Part shown: positions 1-10,635 of the stretch, piece after piece
How positions within the stretch are numbered: the first letter of the stretch is position 1
How the letters are laid out: every line of letters starts with the position of its first letter
Source of the DNA: Acidimicrobiia bacterium UBA2766
GTDB taxonomy: Bacteria; Actinomycetota; Acidimicrobiia; UBA2766
Length of the DNA stretch: 64,000 nt
Direction: 5' to 3'
Assembly: GCA_002352645.1 (NCBI GenBank)
Contig: DEIU01000039.1
Location: 67,656-131,655, forward strand
Made by a program: the position numbers and the translations under genes
The notes under the pieces: generated by a model
Seen by the model: only the letters and a program-made list of their open reading frames with translations
Database searches by the model: none
What the model was told of the DNA's origin: nothing

Positions 1-438
1 GGGAACTTTTCTTCTTTCTCTCTTTGCCCAGTTCTTGCCCAGTTTTTATCCACCTTCGTTCTGGTTGTTTGCTGAGAGGAGAGTGCCTCTTGTTTTTTTG
101 ACTCGTTATGCATCTGACGTGGAATTCCGAGCGTGATACGCTTCGCCCGTAAATTTGGCTGGGCTTCCATACCTAATCACACGGGCAGAATGCTTGCGCG
201 CTGCCATTTCTGTATGGAAACGTAGCCCTGATTGGCGTCGCTGCTGTCACGATCGCCTGTTATGCAGGCAGTTATATTTTCTCTTTTTCTTCTGGTTTTC
301 TCTTTGGGGAGACGTCACGGAAGATCGCAGAAGCAGAAGAAGGTAGAGACGGTGTTCGTTCTCGGAGCGCTCCTCTGATTGAGAGCGGTATGCGAAGGCG
401 ACAACCCCACACACAGACGGTGACTCGAGGAGAAAGCT

Positions 439-2307
439 ATGTCCGAACGCTTGACCGGAGCGCAGATACTTATTAAATCCCTCGAAATGGTGGACGTTGA
501 CGTAGTGTTCGGGCTTCCTGGTGGGGCTATTCTGCCGGTATACGATCCTTTGCTGGAAAGTCCTATTCGGCATGTGCTTGTGCGACATGAACAGGGCGCC
601 GGACATATGGCACAAGGTTACTACTGGACTTCAGGGAAGCCTGGGGTGGTGGTAGTGACAAGTGGCCCTGGTGCGACGAATGTCATTACTCCAGTTGCTG
701 ACGCGTACATGGATTCAGTGCCGATGGTCGTGATCTGTGGGCAAGTGGCGACAGCAGCGATGGGCACAGATGCTTTTCAAGAAGCTCCCACTTTCAACCT
801 GGCAATGTCCATCACCAAACACAATTATGTGATCTCTGATGCTTGCGAGATTCCCCAAATTGTGGCCGAAGCCTTTCATCTTGCCACGACGGGACGTCCT
901 GGGCCTGTCTGGATTGACCTGCCCAAAGATGTGTCGGGAATGGAGGCCGAGTGGTGGTGGCCGTCTGATCCGACGGCGTGTCTCCCCGGCTACAAGCCGA
1001 GAATAAAGCCGCATCCACGTCAGGTGAAGCGGGCAGTGGAACTGCTGAATACCTCGCAACGTCCCATTATTTATGCGGGAGGTGGCGTCCTCAAGGCGCG
1101 GGGTGCGCAAGCTCTGCAAGAGTTTGCCGAACTGACCGGCATTCATGTGGTCACTACCTTGATGGCGCGCGGGGTGCTGTCAGATGACCATGAACTCTGT
1201 CTTGGTATGCCAGGCATGCACGGGAACTATACCGCGGTCACCTCGATGCAAAAATCCGATCTTCTGATCACCCTCGGCGCGCGTTTTGACGACCGCGTCA
1301 CGGGAAAAGTGTCGGCTTTTGCTCCTGACGCCAAGATCATCCACATTGATATAGATCCGGCTGAGCTTTCGAAAGTACGTTATGCGGACGTGCCGATTGT
1401 GGCAGATGCAAATCGTGCGATAGAAGCTCTCATCGTGGAATATCAGAAGCAAGAACGGCGACGCCAAGAACGAGGGGACGCTCCTGTTGACCGGGCAGCA
1501 TGGGTGGAGCAAATCAACACCTGGCGCTCTCGTTATCCCATGAAGTATGTGGAGAGCGATGAAGTGCTCAAGCCCCAGTTTGTGCTGGAGCGTCTTGGGC
1601 AGCACGCTCCTGATGCCGTGCTTGTCTCGGGAGTGGGCCAGCACCAAATGTTTGCTTCCCAACATTGGAAGTTCTCTGCTCCATATCGCTGGATCAACTC
1701 CGGTGGCATGGGAACAATGGGTTTTGCCGTTCCTGCGGCAATTGGTGCCAAGGTCGGATCTCCGGAGCAGACAGTTTGGGTCATTGACGGTGACGGCTGC
1801 TTCCAGATGACTTTCCAGGAGCTCATTACGGCTGCAGTGGAAGGCATTCACGTCAAGGTTGCCATTCTCAACAACGGCTACCTTGGACTGGTGCGACAGT
1901 GGCAAGATCTCTTTTATGACGAGCGCCACTCTGAGGTGCATCTGGGCGGGGCAATTCCGGATTATGTTGGTCTGGCCGAAGCAATGGGGTGCGCGGGCTT
2001 CCGTGTGGACGCACCCGAAGAAGTGGACACAGTCATCGCCAAGGCCATGTCGATTCATGACCGGTCTGTGGTGATCGACTTTCGTGTTGACCCGACCGAG
2101 CATGTGTTCCCAATGGTCCCTGCCGGTGCGTCGAATGACGACATCATTGTCGGTCCGGCCTATGGACAGACCGAAGAAGAAGAGCGGGTGATCCTTTCCA
2201 AAGGGAAGTTTGGAGCAGCTCCGATGGCACAAGGTGGCCAAGAGGATACTGTCCTTCCCCCAGAGCGTTCCGGGGTGCATTTCGAGATGGACAAGAAGGA
2301 GGACTGA
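439..2307 (+). CDS. ilvB: Acetolactate synthase large (catalytic) subunit
   Basis: VFGLPGGAILPVYD, RHEQGAGHMA and TSGPGATN motifs; ThDP-binding GDGCFQMT...NN motif; GAGGAG RBS; followed by the small subunit gene. Confidence 0.97.
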   Translation: MSERLTGAQILIKSLEMVDVDVVFGLPGGAILPVYDPLLESPIRHVLVRHEQGAGHMAQGYYWTSGKPGVVVVTSGPGATNVITPVADAYMDSVPMVVICGQVATAAMGTDAFQEAPTFNLAMSITKHNYVISDACEIPQIVAEAFHLATTGRPGPVWIDLPKDVSGMEAEWWWPSDPTACLPGYKPRIKPHPRQVKRAVELLNTSQRPIIYAGGGVLKARGAQALQEFAELTGIHVVTTLMARGVLSDDHELCLGMPGMHGNYTAVTSMQKSDLLITLGARFDDRVTGKVSAFAPDAKIIHIDIDPAELSKVRYADVPIVADANRAIEALIVEYQKQERRRQERGDAPVDRAAWVEQINTWRSRYPMKYVESDEVLKPQFVLERLGQHAPDAVLVSGVGQHQMFASQHWKFSAPYRWINSGGMGTMGFAVPAAIGAKVGSPEQTVWVIDGDGCFQMTFQELITAAVEGIHVKVAILNNGYLGLVRQWQDLFYDERHSEVHLGGAIPDYVGLAEAMGCAGFRVDAPEEVDTVIAKAMSIHDRSVVIDFRVDPTEHVFPMVPAGASNDDIIVGPAYGQTEEEERVILSKGKFGAAPMAQGGQEDTVLPPERSGVHFEMDKKED

Positions 2308-2309
2308 GG

Positions 2310-2819
2310 ATGGCCCAGTCCAGTTCCCTAAAAACTCTCTCTGTTCTTGTGGAGAATCAGCCTGGGGTACTTGCCAGGATCGCTGGTCTTATTGCCCGGC
2401 GCAATTACAATATCGAGTCTTTGGCAGTGGGGCCGACCGAAGAGCCGCACTTTTCCCGTATGACGCTTGTTGTTGACCAAGACCAAACGCATATTGAACA
2501 GATCATTAAACAGCTTTACAAGCTGGTAAACGTCCTGAAAATCACGGAATTTGATCCGGCAGAGGCAGTTGAGCGAGAGCTCATGCTCATTAAAGTGAGC
2601 GTGCTGCCTGAGCGCCGCTATGAGGTTCTCCAACTTGGTGAGATTTATGGGGCGAAGATTGCTGATGTTGGGGCGTGTGGGGTGACTTTGGAGATCTCGG
2701 GGACGCCGGAGAAACTCGACGACCTGCTGGCCTTGTGTGAGCCCTATGGAGTGCTGGAAGTAGCCCGTACTGGTCGTGTTGGCCTGGAGCGAAATGAAAA
2801 GCGTGCTTCCTTGATATAG
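2310..2819 (+). CDS. ilvN: Acetolactate synthase small (regulatory, ACT) subunit
   Basis: TLSVLVENQPGVLARIAGLIARRNYNIESLAVG, ERELMLIKV, ARTG; starts 2 bp after ilvB. Confidence 0.97.
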   Translation: MAQSSSLKTLSVLVENQPGVLARIAGLIARRNYNIESLAVGPTEEPHFSRMTLVVDQDQTHIEQIIKQLYKLVNVLKITEFDPAEAVERELMLIKVSVLPERRYEVLQLGEIYGAKIADVGACGVTLEISGTPEKLDDLLALCEPYGVLEVARTGRVGLERNEKRASLI

Positions 2820-2865
2820 CTTGCGGTGCCTTGCGGTGCTTTGCGCTTGCGGTGCCTTGCGGTGG
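2820..2865. repeat. Short tandem repeat (CTTGCGGTGC, about 4.5 units) right after the ilvN stop
   Basis: Units at 2820, 2830, 2846 and 2856 plus a partial unit at 2840. Confidence 0.85.
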
Positions 2866-3568
2866 GAAGTTCGTGCCAGGGTACGAAACTGCCCGGCAGC
2901 CAAGGCCAGTCTGGCTTGTCCGCATGCTTGCAAGAGCAAAACGGGATCGTGCGACGAGCGGTCACTGCACGGATAGCTCTCGGGTAGCGAGCAGAATGTG
3001 AGAAAAGTGAGGCCTGGCATGGGCACAGTCTGCGGAGATGGTGTCCGGGAACTGTGCCCGGGGGGCCTTGCCTGATGATTTCACTGGACGCACAGGTGTT
3101 GCCTGCTGGACCATATTTTCACCTGGGGAGCTTCTCCGGGGAGCTTTCGGGTCAGCCGGCTGCCTTGCAAAAGGCCCCTGGTGCAGTGCTGTTGCAGTCA
3201 CTGGGCTGAAAAGTTGAGCGGTTCGCTTTTTTTCCGATGAGTCCAGCGCACAATTTTCAGCTTTGTGACGATGCTTCGGGCTGTCTTTTCTGCTTGGCAG
3301 CGCGCGGCCGATGCCAGGGTTTTTTGTACCAGGATTGAGGGTGCGGGGCAGGCCGGACTCTTGGTGTTTGTTCCGCAAGAGAGTGTGCTTGCGAGATTTT
3401 CTTTGTGTTTTCTTGTCTTTTGTTTGGCTTGTTGTGGATTGTCTGGTGAGGGATTTTGCGGTGTTTTCCCGGACATTTTTTGCAGGATTTCAGGATGACG
3501 CTCTCACCTGACGCTTTTATTTCGTAAGTCGCATGGAATTTTTTTCTTGTCCAGCCACACTTGGAAAG

Positions 3569-3913
3569 ATGATGCAAACAGAAGTGAAAATCGTGGAAAC
3601 AGCAGTGGGTGATTATTGTTTTCAGCGAGCAGTTGAGCTGATCGGGCGCCGGTGGACAGGTGCCATTCTGGTTGCACTGCTCGAAGGTGTAGATCGTTAC
3701 TCACAGATTCGAAGCGCGGTGCCGGGACTCTCTGACCGCATGCTCTGTGTGCGCTTGCGTGAACTTGAGAACGAAGATATTGTGCGGCGCCGTGTTCTGC
3801 AGGAAGTGCCTGTTCTTGTGCACTATGAACTCACGCCAAAGGGCCGGGGTCTCGGCACTGTGATAGATGCAGTGCAGAACTGGGCGCGGGATTGGGGGGA
3901 ACCATCAGCCTGA
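3569..3913 (+). CDS. HxlR-family winged-helix transcriptional regulator
   Basis: CFQRAVELIGRRWTGAIL...RYSQIRSAVPGLSDRML...RLRELE...VHYELTPKG signature; start moved to ATG 3569. Confidence 0.9.
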   Translation: MMQTEVKIVETAVGDYCFQRAVELIGRRWTGAILVALLEGVDRYSQIRSAVPGLSDRMLCVRLRELENEDIVRRRVLQEVPVLVHYELTPKGRGLGTVIDAVQNWARDWGEPSA

Positions 3914-4115
3914 TATCTCGGGTTTTGCGGGGGTTTTCTCGCTCTTGTATTGCAAGATTTTAGGTATTCCTGTGACTGTCACAAACCCTCTGAGGTCCGC
4001 TTGTGGTGGTGTATGTGCAGAGCAGCTTGTAGAAAAGATGGCAGGGAGCAAAGAGCTGACGCGTGCTACAGCTTTTTTGCATGTGGAGCGGAGATCATCT
4101 CCGCTCCACACTTTT

Positions 4116-4373
4116 TCACTTGTTGAAATGATTTTTAATGGTATTTGTGATGTTGTCGATCATGGTATCCCACACTGCGTTTTCATTTTTTGTGACGGAG
4201 ATGAAGTCGGAGGCGATGAAGACTTGCACGACATTGCCGTTCTCGAAGATCGAGGAGATCCAGGGCAATTCAGTGCTGTCGTCCGGTTTAAAGGTGGCGG
4301 GACCGCCGACCGGAGTCCCCACGGTGAATTTCATGGCATTGGGGTTCGGGGTAGGTTCGACGCTGATCGGCAT
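4116..4373 (-). CDS. Stand-alone NifU/Nfu N-terminal scaffold-domain protein
   Basis: EPTPNPNAMKF...VVQVFIASDFISVTK...W pattern typical of Nfu_N domains. Confidence 0.88.
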   Translation of the reverse strand: MPISVEPTPNPNAMKFTVGTPVGGPATFKPDDSTELPWISSIFENGNVVQVFIASDFISVTKNENAVWDTMIDNITNTIKNHFNK

Positions 4374-4409
4374 GGGCTACTTCTCTCTTTGGAAAGTCAT
4401 GTGGCGCTA

Positions 4410-4565
4410 GAAGATGATCTAGAAGGGGATCAGACGAACCCTGGAGTCTCACTCCTGGAGCAACCCCCTGAAGATGCTCTGGAAGGGGGTCAGAGACAAC
4501 CCGGAGGGCATATTCCAGAAGACGACCTGGAAGACGACCTTGGAGACGACCTGGAAGATGATCCA
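4410..4565. repeat. Imperfect 60-bp-period duplication followed by four 12-mer repeats (GAAGACGACCTG-like)
   Basis: GAAGATGATCTAGAAGGGGATCAGA at 4410 vs GAAGATGCTCTGGAAGGGGGTCAGA at 4470; 12-mers at 4518, 4530, 4542, 4554. Confidence 0.75.
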
Positions 4566-4614
4566 GCGGCGACAAGGACGCTTAATTCTTGCAGGTGTTG
4601 TTCGCGTTCTGTGG

Positions 4615-5082
4615 TTAGCAAGTGGTTTCGGTAGTGACTGGCTGGGCTTCTGTTTCGAATTCCAGCACGTAGGTCATGGAACTGTTGGCGGGGATGTTCG
4701 GGACAACGACATTTTTGCTTGTCACAATGGCTTGGGACGCGTTCAGAACGGTAATCCGGCAGTGTGCCGAAACCATGCGGTTGCCGCGGTTTGATATCAG
4801 GAGCTCGGCTTGCCAGAGATTTTCCTGTGATCGTGTGATCGGAGCACTCTGTATTCCTGCGACAGATTTTTCGTCGCTGTTTCCTTTCAAAAAGACAGAG
4901 GCGAAAAATCCCGCCAAAAGAAAAGTAAGCCCGAGTACGACAACAAGAGAGCCATGAAATTGTTCTGATGCTGCTTTCCTCAGCCCAAGTGGATTCGCTG
5001 GGTCTACAGCAGAGGAATCTTTTGGGGAAGTGTCGCTTCCGTAAGAGCGCACAGCGCTTGAAGAGGATGAAGAAATGCTCAT
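4615..5082 (-). CDS. Hypothetical single-pass membrane protein with small C-terminal beta-sandwich-like domain
   Basis: GAGGA RBS before ATG 5082; hydrophobic segment SLVVVLGLTFLLAGFFASVFL; beta-rich C-terminus. Confidence 0.6.
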   Translation of the reverse strand: MSISSSSSSAVRSYGSDTSPKDSSAVDPANPLGLRKAASEQFHGSLVVVLGLTFLLAGFFASVFLKGNSDEKSVAGIQSAPITRSQENLWQAELLISNRGNRMVSAHCRITVLNASQAIVTSKNVVVPNIPANSSMTYVLEFETEAQPVTTETTC

Positions 5083-5607
5083 AGTCCTCAGTGTGACAGA
5101 CAAGAGAATGTGAAAGCGAGGATAACCAAATCGCGGGTAGATTTTAGCTGCTTCTTGCAGGTGTTTGTCGGGGTTTTTCTGGGGGAGCTTGGGGCAGCTT
5201 GGAAAGATCTCGCCGGCAATTTTCCTGCAAAGCAGCCTTTGGAAGAGACAAAGAGAGAAAAAGCATGCAGAGTCATGCAGGGTATGGGCTGTCCGGTTTC
5301 CGGAGTGTGGCTGGTCTCAGGCGGGAAAACTGTCTTTTGCGTACAATGCAGAAAGCACAACATAAAGGGGTTGGTTTTTCTCCGGTATCTGGGTGCTATG
5401 CCGGCAGGAGAATGTTCCCGTGGAAACGTGGAAAGGACTCTCAAGGGAAACGGTTTCGGTTTTTGAGAGTCCTGGTTTCTGGCTAAGGTGGAGAAAGAGG
5501 GAGGGGTCGCGAGAGACAATAGTGTTCCGCGGCGAGTGCGAGGGGTCTATGTAGCCCGAAGCGTTCCCGAAATACTTTTTTTAGTTGTTGGAGACTGGGG
5601 GTTGTCT

Positions 5608-7248
5608 GTGTCTTTTTCCACGATGCAGGAGGCACCGCTTACCATTTTGTCGCTCTTTCGACATGGAGCGGCGGTGTATGGGGATAGTGAAATTGTCACT
5701 TTCCAGGGAGGAGGCGAGGAAAACCGTCGTGTTTCCTATCGTGATCTCGCGGATCGTGTGACGAAGCTGTCGAGTGCGTTGCATCGTCTTGGTGTGGGCA
5801 CAGGGGATCGTGTTGCTTCGTTTGCCTGGAACAATCAAGAGCATATGGAAGCCTATTTGGCAGTTCCGAGTATGGGCGCTGTCCTGCATACCCTCAATAT
5901 TCGTCTTTTTCCGGAACAGCTTGCCTATGTGATGCAGCATGCCGGCGACAAGGTGGTGATTGTCGACAGTTCTCTGCTGCCGATTCTGGCAAAAGCGGCT
6001 GATGGATTGGCAGGAGTAACGCACGTCATTGTTGTGGGTGATGGTGACGCCACAGAGCTTGGTGTGGATGTGCTGCGTTACGATGAACTTCTGGCGGCGG
6101 AAGAGCCGGAGTTTGCCTGGCCGGATCTTGCGGAAAATGCTCCTGCTTCGATGTGCTACACCAGCGGTACCACTGGCAATCCCAAAGGTGTGGTGTATTC
6201 GCACCGTTCTACTTGGCTGCATTCTTTGTCGGTGACTTCTGGCGCGTGTATGGGGTTGCACGAACACGACAGGATTCTGCCGATTGTTCCGATGTTCCAC
6301 GCGAATGCTTGGGGTCTTCCTTACGCGGGATGGATGGTGGGCGCTGATTTCATTTTGACGGACCGGCATCTGCAAGCGGCACCCTTGACGGATTTCATGC
6401 AAAAAGAAAAACCGACTGTCGCAGGAGCGGTGCCGACTATCTGGAATGACCTTCTGCATTTCACAGAGGGGAAAGATGTCGATTTTTCTTCTCTGCGCCT
6501 TGTGATCTGCGGAGGAAGTGCTGTCCCTGCTTCTCTTATGCGGGCTTTTGACGAGCGTTTTGCTGTGCCGATTGTGCAGGCTTGGGGTATGACGGAAACA
6601 AGTCCGCTTGCGGCTGTGGCCCGTGTACCCAAGGGTGTGCCCGATGACGAGGCAATGGCATGGAGGACAAAGGCCGGGCGTGTGTGCGCGGGAGTCGAGT
6701 TGCGCATCGTGAGTGATGCGGGTGAGGTACTTCCCTGGGATGGCGAGTCGGTTGGGGAGATCCAGGTGCGCGGGCCCTGGGTCACTGGTTCGTATTACCA
6801 GTCGGAGGAGGAGGATGGGGGCGCCGGAAAGTTTGATGGAGATTGGCTGCGCACCGGCGATGTGGGGTCAGTAGACTCCAAGGGCTTTATTCAGATTACG
6901 GATCGCGCGAAAGACGTTATCAAGTCTGGTGGAGAGTGGATCTCTTCCGTTGAGGTGGAAAATGCCCTTATGGCGCATGAGAATGTCTTGGAAGCGGTTG
7001 TTGTCGCGATTCCGGATGAACGCTGGGGTGAACGGCCTTTGGCGTGTATTGTCCCGAAGAGTGCTGCTGCGGTTTCCGCGGAAGATCTTCAAGGATTTCT
7101 CTCAGGAAAAGTGGCAAAATGGTGGGTTCCCGATAAATGGTCTTTTGTTCATCAAGTGCCAAAAACCAGCGTGGGGAAGTTCGATAAAAAAGTTTTGCGC
7201 TCTCAGCATGCAGAAGGAAAAATGACAGTAGTTGACTTGAGACCCTGA
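5608..7248 (+). CDS. Fatty-acid--CoA ligase (AMP-binding, medium/long chain)
   Basis: YTSGTTGNPKGV AMP-binding motif, WGMTET, RTGD, DRAKDVIKSGGEWISS, PKTSVGKFDKK; start placed at GTG 5608. Confidence 0.95.
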   Translation: MSFSTMQEAPLTILSLFRHGAAVYGDSEIVTFQGGGEENRRVSYRDLADRVTKLSSALHRLGVGTGDRVASFAWNNQEHMEAYLAVPSMGAVLHTLNIRLFPEQLAYVMQHAGDKVVIVDSSLLPILAKAADGLAGVTHVIVVGDGDATELGVDVLRYDELLAAEEPEFAWPDLAENAPASMCYTSGTTGNPKGVVYSHRSTWLHSLSVTSGACMGLHEHDRILPIVPMFHANAWGLPYAGWMVGADFILTDRHLQAAPLTDFMQKEKPTVAGAVPTIWNDLLHFTEGKDVDFSSLRLVICGGSAVPASLMRAFDERFAVPIVQAWGMTETSPLAAVARVPKGVPDDEAMAWRTKAGRVCAGVELRIVSDAGEVLPWDGESVGEIQVRGPWVTGSYYQSEEEDGGAGKFDGDWLRTGDVGSVDSKGFIQITDRAKDVIKSGGEWISSVEVENALMAHENVLEAVVVAIPDERWGERPLACIVPKSAAAVSAEDLQGFLSGKVAKWWVPDKWSFVHQVPKTSVGKFDKKVLRSQHAEGKMTVVDLRP

Positions 7249-7363
7249 TCTTGTTTGCTGTTATGGCAGTCTTGCTGTTATGAATTTTCGTTCTTTGGCG
7301 AGGAAAAGGCTAGCTGTGTAGTGCTGGTTTTGTTCGTTTGGGCTTGGGTCTGGACCTGAGGGC

Positions 7364-8026
7364 ATGGGCGAGCAAGCAGGATACTGGCTCGTCCCTTTGA
7401 GGAGCGTCTATTTGCGCAGAGTTGCCACTGCCGATGATCCGAATCGTCGACGTCAGATGATTTTTGACGCCGCGAAGGTCGTCTTTGCTGAAAAAGGGTT
7501 TTCTGACTTTACGATTGCTGATATCGCGCGTAAGTCTGGCTTGTCTTATGGATCGATTACTTGGCACTTTCCCTCGAAAGAGGCCCTTTTGCGTGACCTG
7601 TTGCAGAACGAACAAGAGCGTTTGCGGGTTGTGATCTTTTGTAGTCTGTTGCAGGTTGGATCCGCGAGTGGCGGAGCCAATATAGAAACATTATTGCGCG
7701 CAAGTGTGAGCGCATCACTGGAGTTTTTCGATGAAGACCCGGGAGTGATGGCTTCTCTCCTGCAAAGTCCCTTTTCTATGGAAATAGGGGCTTATTTTCG
7801 CCCTTTTTATGATGGTTTTCTTGATGATGTAGAAGCTCTGATTCGAACAGGACAAGAGCGCGGAGAACTACGGGATGTCTCATCTTGTTTTGCTGCTGTC
7901 ACACTCGTGAGCCTGATTTTGCAGACAGCTCGGTGGCGGCTTGTGGCCAGAGAAAGCTCTACTGTGACAGAAACCGCGGATGTGATTGTCTCTTTCACAC
8001 TTGATGGGTTGCGGTGCCGTTCCTGA
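7364..8026 (+). CDS. TetR/AcrR-family transcriptional regulator
   Basis: RRQMIFDAAKVVFAEKGFSDFTIADIARKSGLSYGSITWHFPSKEALL HTH; start uncertain. Confidence 0.9.
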   Translation: MGEQAGYWLVPLRSVYLRRVATADDPNRRRQMIFDAAKVVFAEKGFSDFTIADIARKSGLSYGSITWHFPSKEALLRDLLQNEQERLRVVIFCSLLQVGSASGGANIETLLRASVSASLEFFDEDPGVMASLLQSPFSMEIGAYFRPFYDGFLDDVEALIRTGQERGELRDVSSCFAAVTLVSLILQTARWRLVARESSTVTETADVIVSFTLDGLRCRS

Positions 8027-8071
8027 GGCTTCTTTCGTGTGACAGGCGAGTTCTCAGCGTAAAATTTTTCT

Positions 8072-8719
8072 ATGTTTGAATATGCATTTGGTCAATCTCT
8101 TCATGAGCGAGTTGTTGGGAATATGGCCGGTTTTTTGCCGCAAACGATCACCGCTCCGAGAGAATCTGCTTCTGCGGAGAACTTGCGCCGTGCTGCGGTT
8201 GCAGTGATTTTTCTGAGCGACGAAGCAGGCAGAGCCTGTTATGTGCTGACGCGCCGTGCCGCGAATTTGCGCCGTCATTCCGGTCAGCTGGCATTGCCAG
8301 GGGGCCGTGTGGATGAGGGGGAAACACCGACCGAGACTGCAATACGCGAAACCGAGGAAGAGATCGGTCTTATGCTGCACGAAGACCAGATTCTCGGCTG
8401 TCTTGACCACTATGCCACGAGGTCAGGGTTTGTGATGATGCCCGTGGTGTTTTGGGGGGGAGAGAACGCTGAACTGGCGGCGAATCCGGCAGAAGTCCAA
8501 GAGATCATGAAAATTCCTGTCTCAGAACTGGACCGAGAAGACGCACCCCGCCTTTTTCACATCCCGGAGAGCGATGCTCCTGTGATCCAAATGCCGATTT
8601 TCGAGGGTGTCGTGAACGCCCCTACTGCGGCAGTGCTGTATCAGCTACGTGAAGTTGCCTTGCATGGACGCCACACTCGTGTTGCCCACTTTGAACAGCC
8701 CGTTTGGGCATGGAAGTAA
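8072..8719 (+). CDS. Nudix hydrolase, CoA pyrophosphatase type
   Basis: LTRRAANLRRHSGQLALPGG followed by Nudix box GRVDEGETPTETAIRETEEEIGL; NPAEV. Confidence 0.9.
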   Translation: MFEYAFGQSLHERVVGNMAGFLPQTITAPRESASAENLRRAAVAVIFLSDEAGRACYVLTRRAANLRRHSGQLALPGGRVDEGETPTETAIRETEEEIGLMLHEDQILGCLDHYATRSGFVMMPVVFWGGENAELAANPAEVQEIMKIPVSELDREDAPRLFHIPESDAPVIQMPIFEGVVNAPTAAVLYQLREVALHGRHTRVAHFEQPVWAWK

Positions 8720-8868
8720 GGCCGAAAAGCCTGATACAACAGGAAGAAATATCTGTTCTCATGTTTCGGGTGGGGTAGAAAGCCGCGATGGTCGGTGAAA
8801 AAGCGGCGCGCACGGCGCGTGGAGGTGAAAGACCAGGCGAGCGCCTGTGCTGTGTGCTCCTTGTCAGG

Positions 8869-10254
8869 TCAGCGAGGACGGATGCCGTCAAGGGTCTGAA
8901 AAAAGGCAGGGAAAGTTTTTGATACGCAGGAGGGGTTTTTAATTGCAATGCCTGGGCAACGCAGACCCAGAAGAGAAAAGCTCATTGCCATGCGATGGTC
9001 TTCGTAAGTGTGTACTTCTCCTGCTTGTGGAGTCCCTGGGAGGATGAGCATCCCGTCACTTTCTTCACGCGCGTCAATGCCAAGCCGTTGCAATTCTGTT
9101 ACTGTCGCAGCGACTCGATCGGTTTCCTTCCCGCGAATAAAACCGATGCCAGTCAGGCGGGTTGGGGTTGTCGCGAAGGGTGCGATCGCTGCCAAGGTTT
9201 GGGCAGTGTCGGAAATATCGCTCATGTCGATATCAATGCCGCAGAGTTCTTCCGGACCTATCACAGTGGTTGTTGTGGGTGTCATCTTGACGTTCGCACC
9301 CATCTTTTCGAGTATGCGAACAAACTGGAGGTCACCCTGCAAGGAAGTACTTCCGAGTCCTTTGACAGTGACCGTACTTTGCGTAATGGCAGCGGCAGCG
9401 AAAAAATAGGAGGCAGCTGAGGCGTCAGCCTCAACTTCGTAGGTTGTTGGCTGATATTCCTGTCCTCCTGGAACGGAAAACGCGTAGAAGTCGCTATTTT
9501 CGACGTCGATGCCGAAAGCTCTCAGTACTTCGAGCGTCAAGGAGAGGTAGGGCTTTGAGACGGGATCTCTATCTGTCTCGATTCTGATCTCGCAGGTCCC
9601 GAGGCGGTTTGCGAGCACAGGAGCCGCGAGAAGTATGGCGGTGAGAAACTGGCTGCTGCTCTTCGCTGAAATATGAAGGCGCACTGCTTCTCCGGCTTGT
9701 TGTTTTTTCTGCGGGAAGGTTGCAGGAGGAGCTGCCGGGAGAGAAAAAATTGAGGCTGGTAAGCAGTTTGGGTGAGCAGAGGGGGTGATGCGCGCTCCAA
9801 GAGAGCGTAAAGCCGAGAAGAGCGGTCCCATCGGGCGTTTGCGCATGGGGGCTGTGCCGTCGATTTCGTAAGGTCCTGTGCCGAGGGTTGCCAGAGGGAG
9901 AAGAAACCGGGCAGTCGTCCCGGAATTCCCAACAAAAATGGATTGGGATGTTGTGGGGATAGCACCTCCTTGCCCATCTATCTGAAAAGTTGCGGTTTCT
10001 TCATCACCTTCTGTAGGAATGCCAAGCAGAGTGAGGCCTTGGGTCATCCAATGAGTGTCATCACTGAAGAGTGCTCCGTGCAGGGTGCTGTGTCCATTTG
10101 CAAGGGCAGCGGCGATAAGTGCTCTATTTGTATAACTTTTTGAACCGGGAACGCTGACGGTCGCGGTGACCGGGCCTGTGAAAGGTTGAATGTGGCGAAG
10201 GTCCTCGGGAGAGGAATGAGAAGTCAGTGCAGGGAAAGAAGCGGAAGGTGGCAT
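8869..10254 (-). CDS. aroA: 3-phosphoshikimate 1-carboxyvinyltransferase (EPSP synthase)
   Basis: PGSKSYTNRAL, GNSGTTARF, RPM, SSQF, KETDR, DHRMAM, SKTFP motifs; AGGAG RBS before ATG 10254. Confidence 0.96.
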   Translation of the reverse strand: MPPSASFPALTSHSSPEDLRHIQPFTGPVTATVSVPGSKSYTNRALIAAALANGHSTLHGALFSDDTHWMTQGLTLLGIPTEGDEETATFQIDGQGGAIPTTSQSIFVGNSGTTARFLLPLATLGTGPYEIDGTAPMRKRPMGPLFSALRSLGARITPSAHPNCLPASIFSLPAAPPATFPQKKQQAGEAVRLHISAKSSSQFLTAILLAAPVLANRLGTCEIRIETDRDPVSKPYLSLTLEVLRAFGIDVENSDFYAFSVPGGQEYQPTTYEVEADASAASYFFAAAAITQSTVTVKGLGSTSLQGDLQFVRILEKMGANVKMTPTTTTVIGPEELCGIDIDMSDISDTAQTLAAIAPFATTPTRLTGIGFIRGKETDRVAATVTELQRLGIDAREESDGMLILPGTPQAGEVHTYEDHRMAMSFSLLGLRCPGIAIKNPSCVSKTFPAFFQTLDGIRPR

Positions 10255-10635
10255 GGAAAAAACTCCTGGGAGAGGTGAGAACAAAGCGTTCTGAAATTTG
10301 GGAAAGTTGGCGAAAGACAAGAAGTGTGGCGGCATTGCAGTGGTGGGAAAGAGCGGAACAAAGGGGAAGACAGCGAAAAAACCTTACAATAAAATGCCCG
10401 GTATCCTCAGTTTTATTGACCATAATGGTGCGCGCAAGCCTTTCGCGCATATCATCCGGCACCACATGAAAAGTTGTCGAAATAGCCTGCTAGTTGTGCA
10501 GCTCCGATGTGGGGAAGTCAGTTGAAAACAAGACTGCTCCGACTTGTGTTGATAAAGGGGCTGCTGTCGGGTGGGGTTGTTGTGCATTGCCGCAGTGGTG
10601 CGCTCTGTTAATTGCGATGCGGGAAATGGGGGCAC

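Noticed and set aside
352..378. Tiny ORF VFVLGALL upstream of ilvB as an attenuator leader
   Set aside because: It has Val and Leu codons but no Ile codon, and no convincing terminator hairpin with a T-tract before the ilvB start
2870..3530. ORFs of 60-230 aa between ilvN and the HxlR gene
   Set aside because: Compositionally biased, no recognisable motifs, mutually overlapping; treated as non-coding
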